This document shows, piece after piece, positions 61,950 to 64,000 of a stretch of 64,000 nucleotides of DNA. The DNA comes from Chiloscyllium plagiosum (taxonomy: Eukaryota). The translations under genes and the position numbers were made by a program. Under the pieces are notes generated by a model. The model saw only the letters and a program-made list of their open reading frames with translations. It was not told where the DNA came from and did not search any database. The first letter of the stretch is position 1. The number at the start of each line of letters is the position of its first letter. The stretch is taken from NCBI RefSeq assembly GCF_004010195.1, contig NC_057752.1, forward strand, positions 6,336,044 through 6,400,043, read 5' to 3'.

Positions 61950-64000
61950 ATATTCACCAATGTCCTTCAGGGAAGGAAATCTGCCATCCTCACCTGGTCT
62001 GGCCTACACGCAACCCCAGACCCATAGCAATGTGGTTGACTCTCAATTGCCCTCTGAAATGGCTTAGCAATCATTCAGTTGTACCAATCACTATAAAGTC
62101 TCAAAGAAATGAAACCGGACAGATCACCTGGCATTGACCGAGGCACCAGAAAAAAAGTAACGGTAGAAACAGCCCTGTCGACCCTGCAAAGTCCTCCTCA
62201 CTAATAGATGGCAGCTAGTGCCAAAATTGGGTGTTGTCTCATAAGACTGGTCAAGAAACAACCTGACATAGGTATACTCAGAATCACACCTTACAGGCAA
62301 TATCCCAGATACCATCCCTGGATATGTCCTGTCTCACTGGCAGGACAGTTGGATACAGTCAGGAGGGAGTTGCCCTGGAAATTCCCAACATTGACTCCAT
62401 ACGTCCTGAAGTCTCGTAGCTTCAGATTAAAGATAGGTAAGGGAACCTCCTATTGATTACCATGTACTGTCCTCCCTTGGCTGATGAACTGGTACTCCAT
62501 GTTGAGCAACACTTAGAGGAAACACTGAGGATAGCAAAGGCACAAAACATATTCTGGGTGGGGGATTTGAATGTCCAGCACCAAGAGTAGCTCAGCAGCA
62601 GTCCTACTGATCAAGCTGGTCAGCTCCTTAAGGATGTAGCTGATAGGTTGGGCCTGTGGCAGGTTGTGAGGGAATCAAGAGGGAAAAACGTACATGACCT
62701 CATACTTACCAAATGTGCCTGATGCAAATGCATCTGTCCACGACCGTATCGGTAAGAGCAACTACCGCACAGTCGTTGTCTTCATATTGAGAATAACCTC
62801 CATCATGTTGTGTGGCACTATCATTATGCTAAATGGAACAGATTTCAAACAGATCTAGCAATTCAAGACTGGACATCCATGAGGCACTGAGGGCCATCAA
62901 CAGCAGAATTGTGCTGGAGTACAATTTATAACCTCATGGCCTGGCATATCTCTACTCAACCATTACCATCAACCCAGGGGATCAACCCTGGTTCAATGGA
63001 GAGTGCAGGAGAGCATGCCAACAGCAGCACCCGGCATACCTAAGAATGGAGGTGTCAAATTGGTGAAGCTACCAAACAGGACTACTTGCATGTCAAACAG
63101 CATAGGCAGCAAGTGATAGAGCTAAGTGATCCCACTACCAACAGATCAGATCTAAGCTCTGCAGCCCTGTCACATCGCGAATGGTGATGGACCATTAAAT
63201 TCCCTGGAGGCAGCGGCTCCACAGATATCACCATCCTCAATGATGGAAGAGCCCAGCACATCAGTGCAAAAGACAAGGCTGAAGAATTCTCTGCATTCTT
63301 CAGCCAGAAGTGCCAAGCGGATGACCCATCTCAGCCTCCTCCAGTGGTCCCCAGCATCACAAATACCAGTCTTCAGCCAATTTGACTCACTCTACATGAT
63401 ATCAAAAAATGGTTGGAGACACTGGATAAAGGCTCAGGGTCCTGATAACATTCTAGCAATAGTACTGAAGACTCATGGTCCAGAACTTGTTGCTCCCTTA
63501 GCCATGCTCTTCCAGAACAGTTACTACACTGGCATCTGGCCTGACAATGTGAAAATTGCCCAGGTATGTCTGGTACATACACAGGACAAATCCACCACAG
63601 CCAATTACCACTCCAGTCTACTCTCGATCAGTAAAAAGTGATGGAAAATGTCATCAATAGCGCTATCAAGCAACAGCTGCTCAGTGACGCCCAGTTTGGG
63701 TTCCGCCAGGCCACTCGGCTCCTGACTTCAGGAAAGCCTTGGTTCAAACATGGACAAAAGAGCTGAATTTTAGAATTACGAGAGAGTGACAGCCCTTGAC
63801 ATTAACGTTGCGTCTGACCAAGTTTGGCATGGAGGAGCCTGAGGAAAACTGGAATCAATGGGTTTTGGGGGCAAACGCTTCACTGTTTGGAGCATATCTG
63901 GCACTTAAGAACATGGTTGTGGTTGTTGGAAGTCAGTTATCTTAGCTCCAGGACATCTCTGTCGGAATTCCTCAGGGTAATTTCCTTGATCCATCCATCT
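61950..64000 (+). mobile_element. CR1-clade LINE family 2: 5' region, APE endonuclease and start of RT (runs off the window)
   Basis: PDIGILRIT, WVGDLNVQH, DLILT, KAQGPDNILAIVLK..LAMLFQNSY, QFGFRQ, ALDI...DQVWH; many stops and frameshifts. Confidence 0.88.

Overview
Repeat-dense, apparently non-coding (intergenic or intronic) vertebrate DNA, almost certainly from a cartilaginous fish. The basis is HE1/V-SINE-type and Deu-domain SINEs and HER1/CR1-type LINEs typical of sharks. I recognise no host protein-coding gene: every ORF I can identify is a decayed retroelement fragment (CR1, L2, Rex1/Babar, RTE, Tx1, Penelope GIY-YIG, SCAN-gag Gypsy). The most striking layer is about 15 short Penelope-like insertions from about 5 families. 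Many are fold-back palindromes with 11-16 bp target duplications, and they carry minimal hammerhead-ribozyme cores (CUGANGA-stem II-GAA plus a palindromic ACGU/AGCU stem III); two cores look fully intact. The window also holds a three-tier nested insertion (solo LTR > Penelope hairpin > young Tx1) whose order can be read from the TSDs, an insertion that inverted-duplicated its flank, and two local duplications or templated insertions. Family names come from motif recognition, not database searches, and boundaries of old repeats are approximate.
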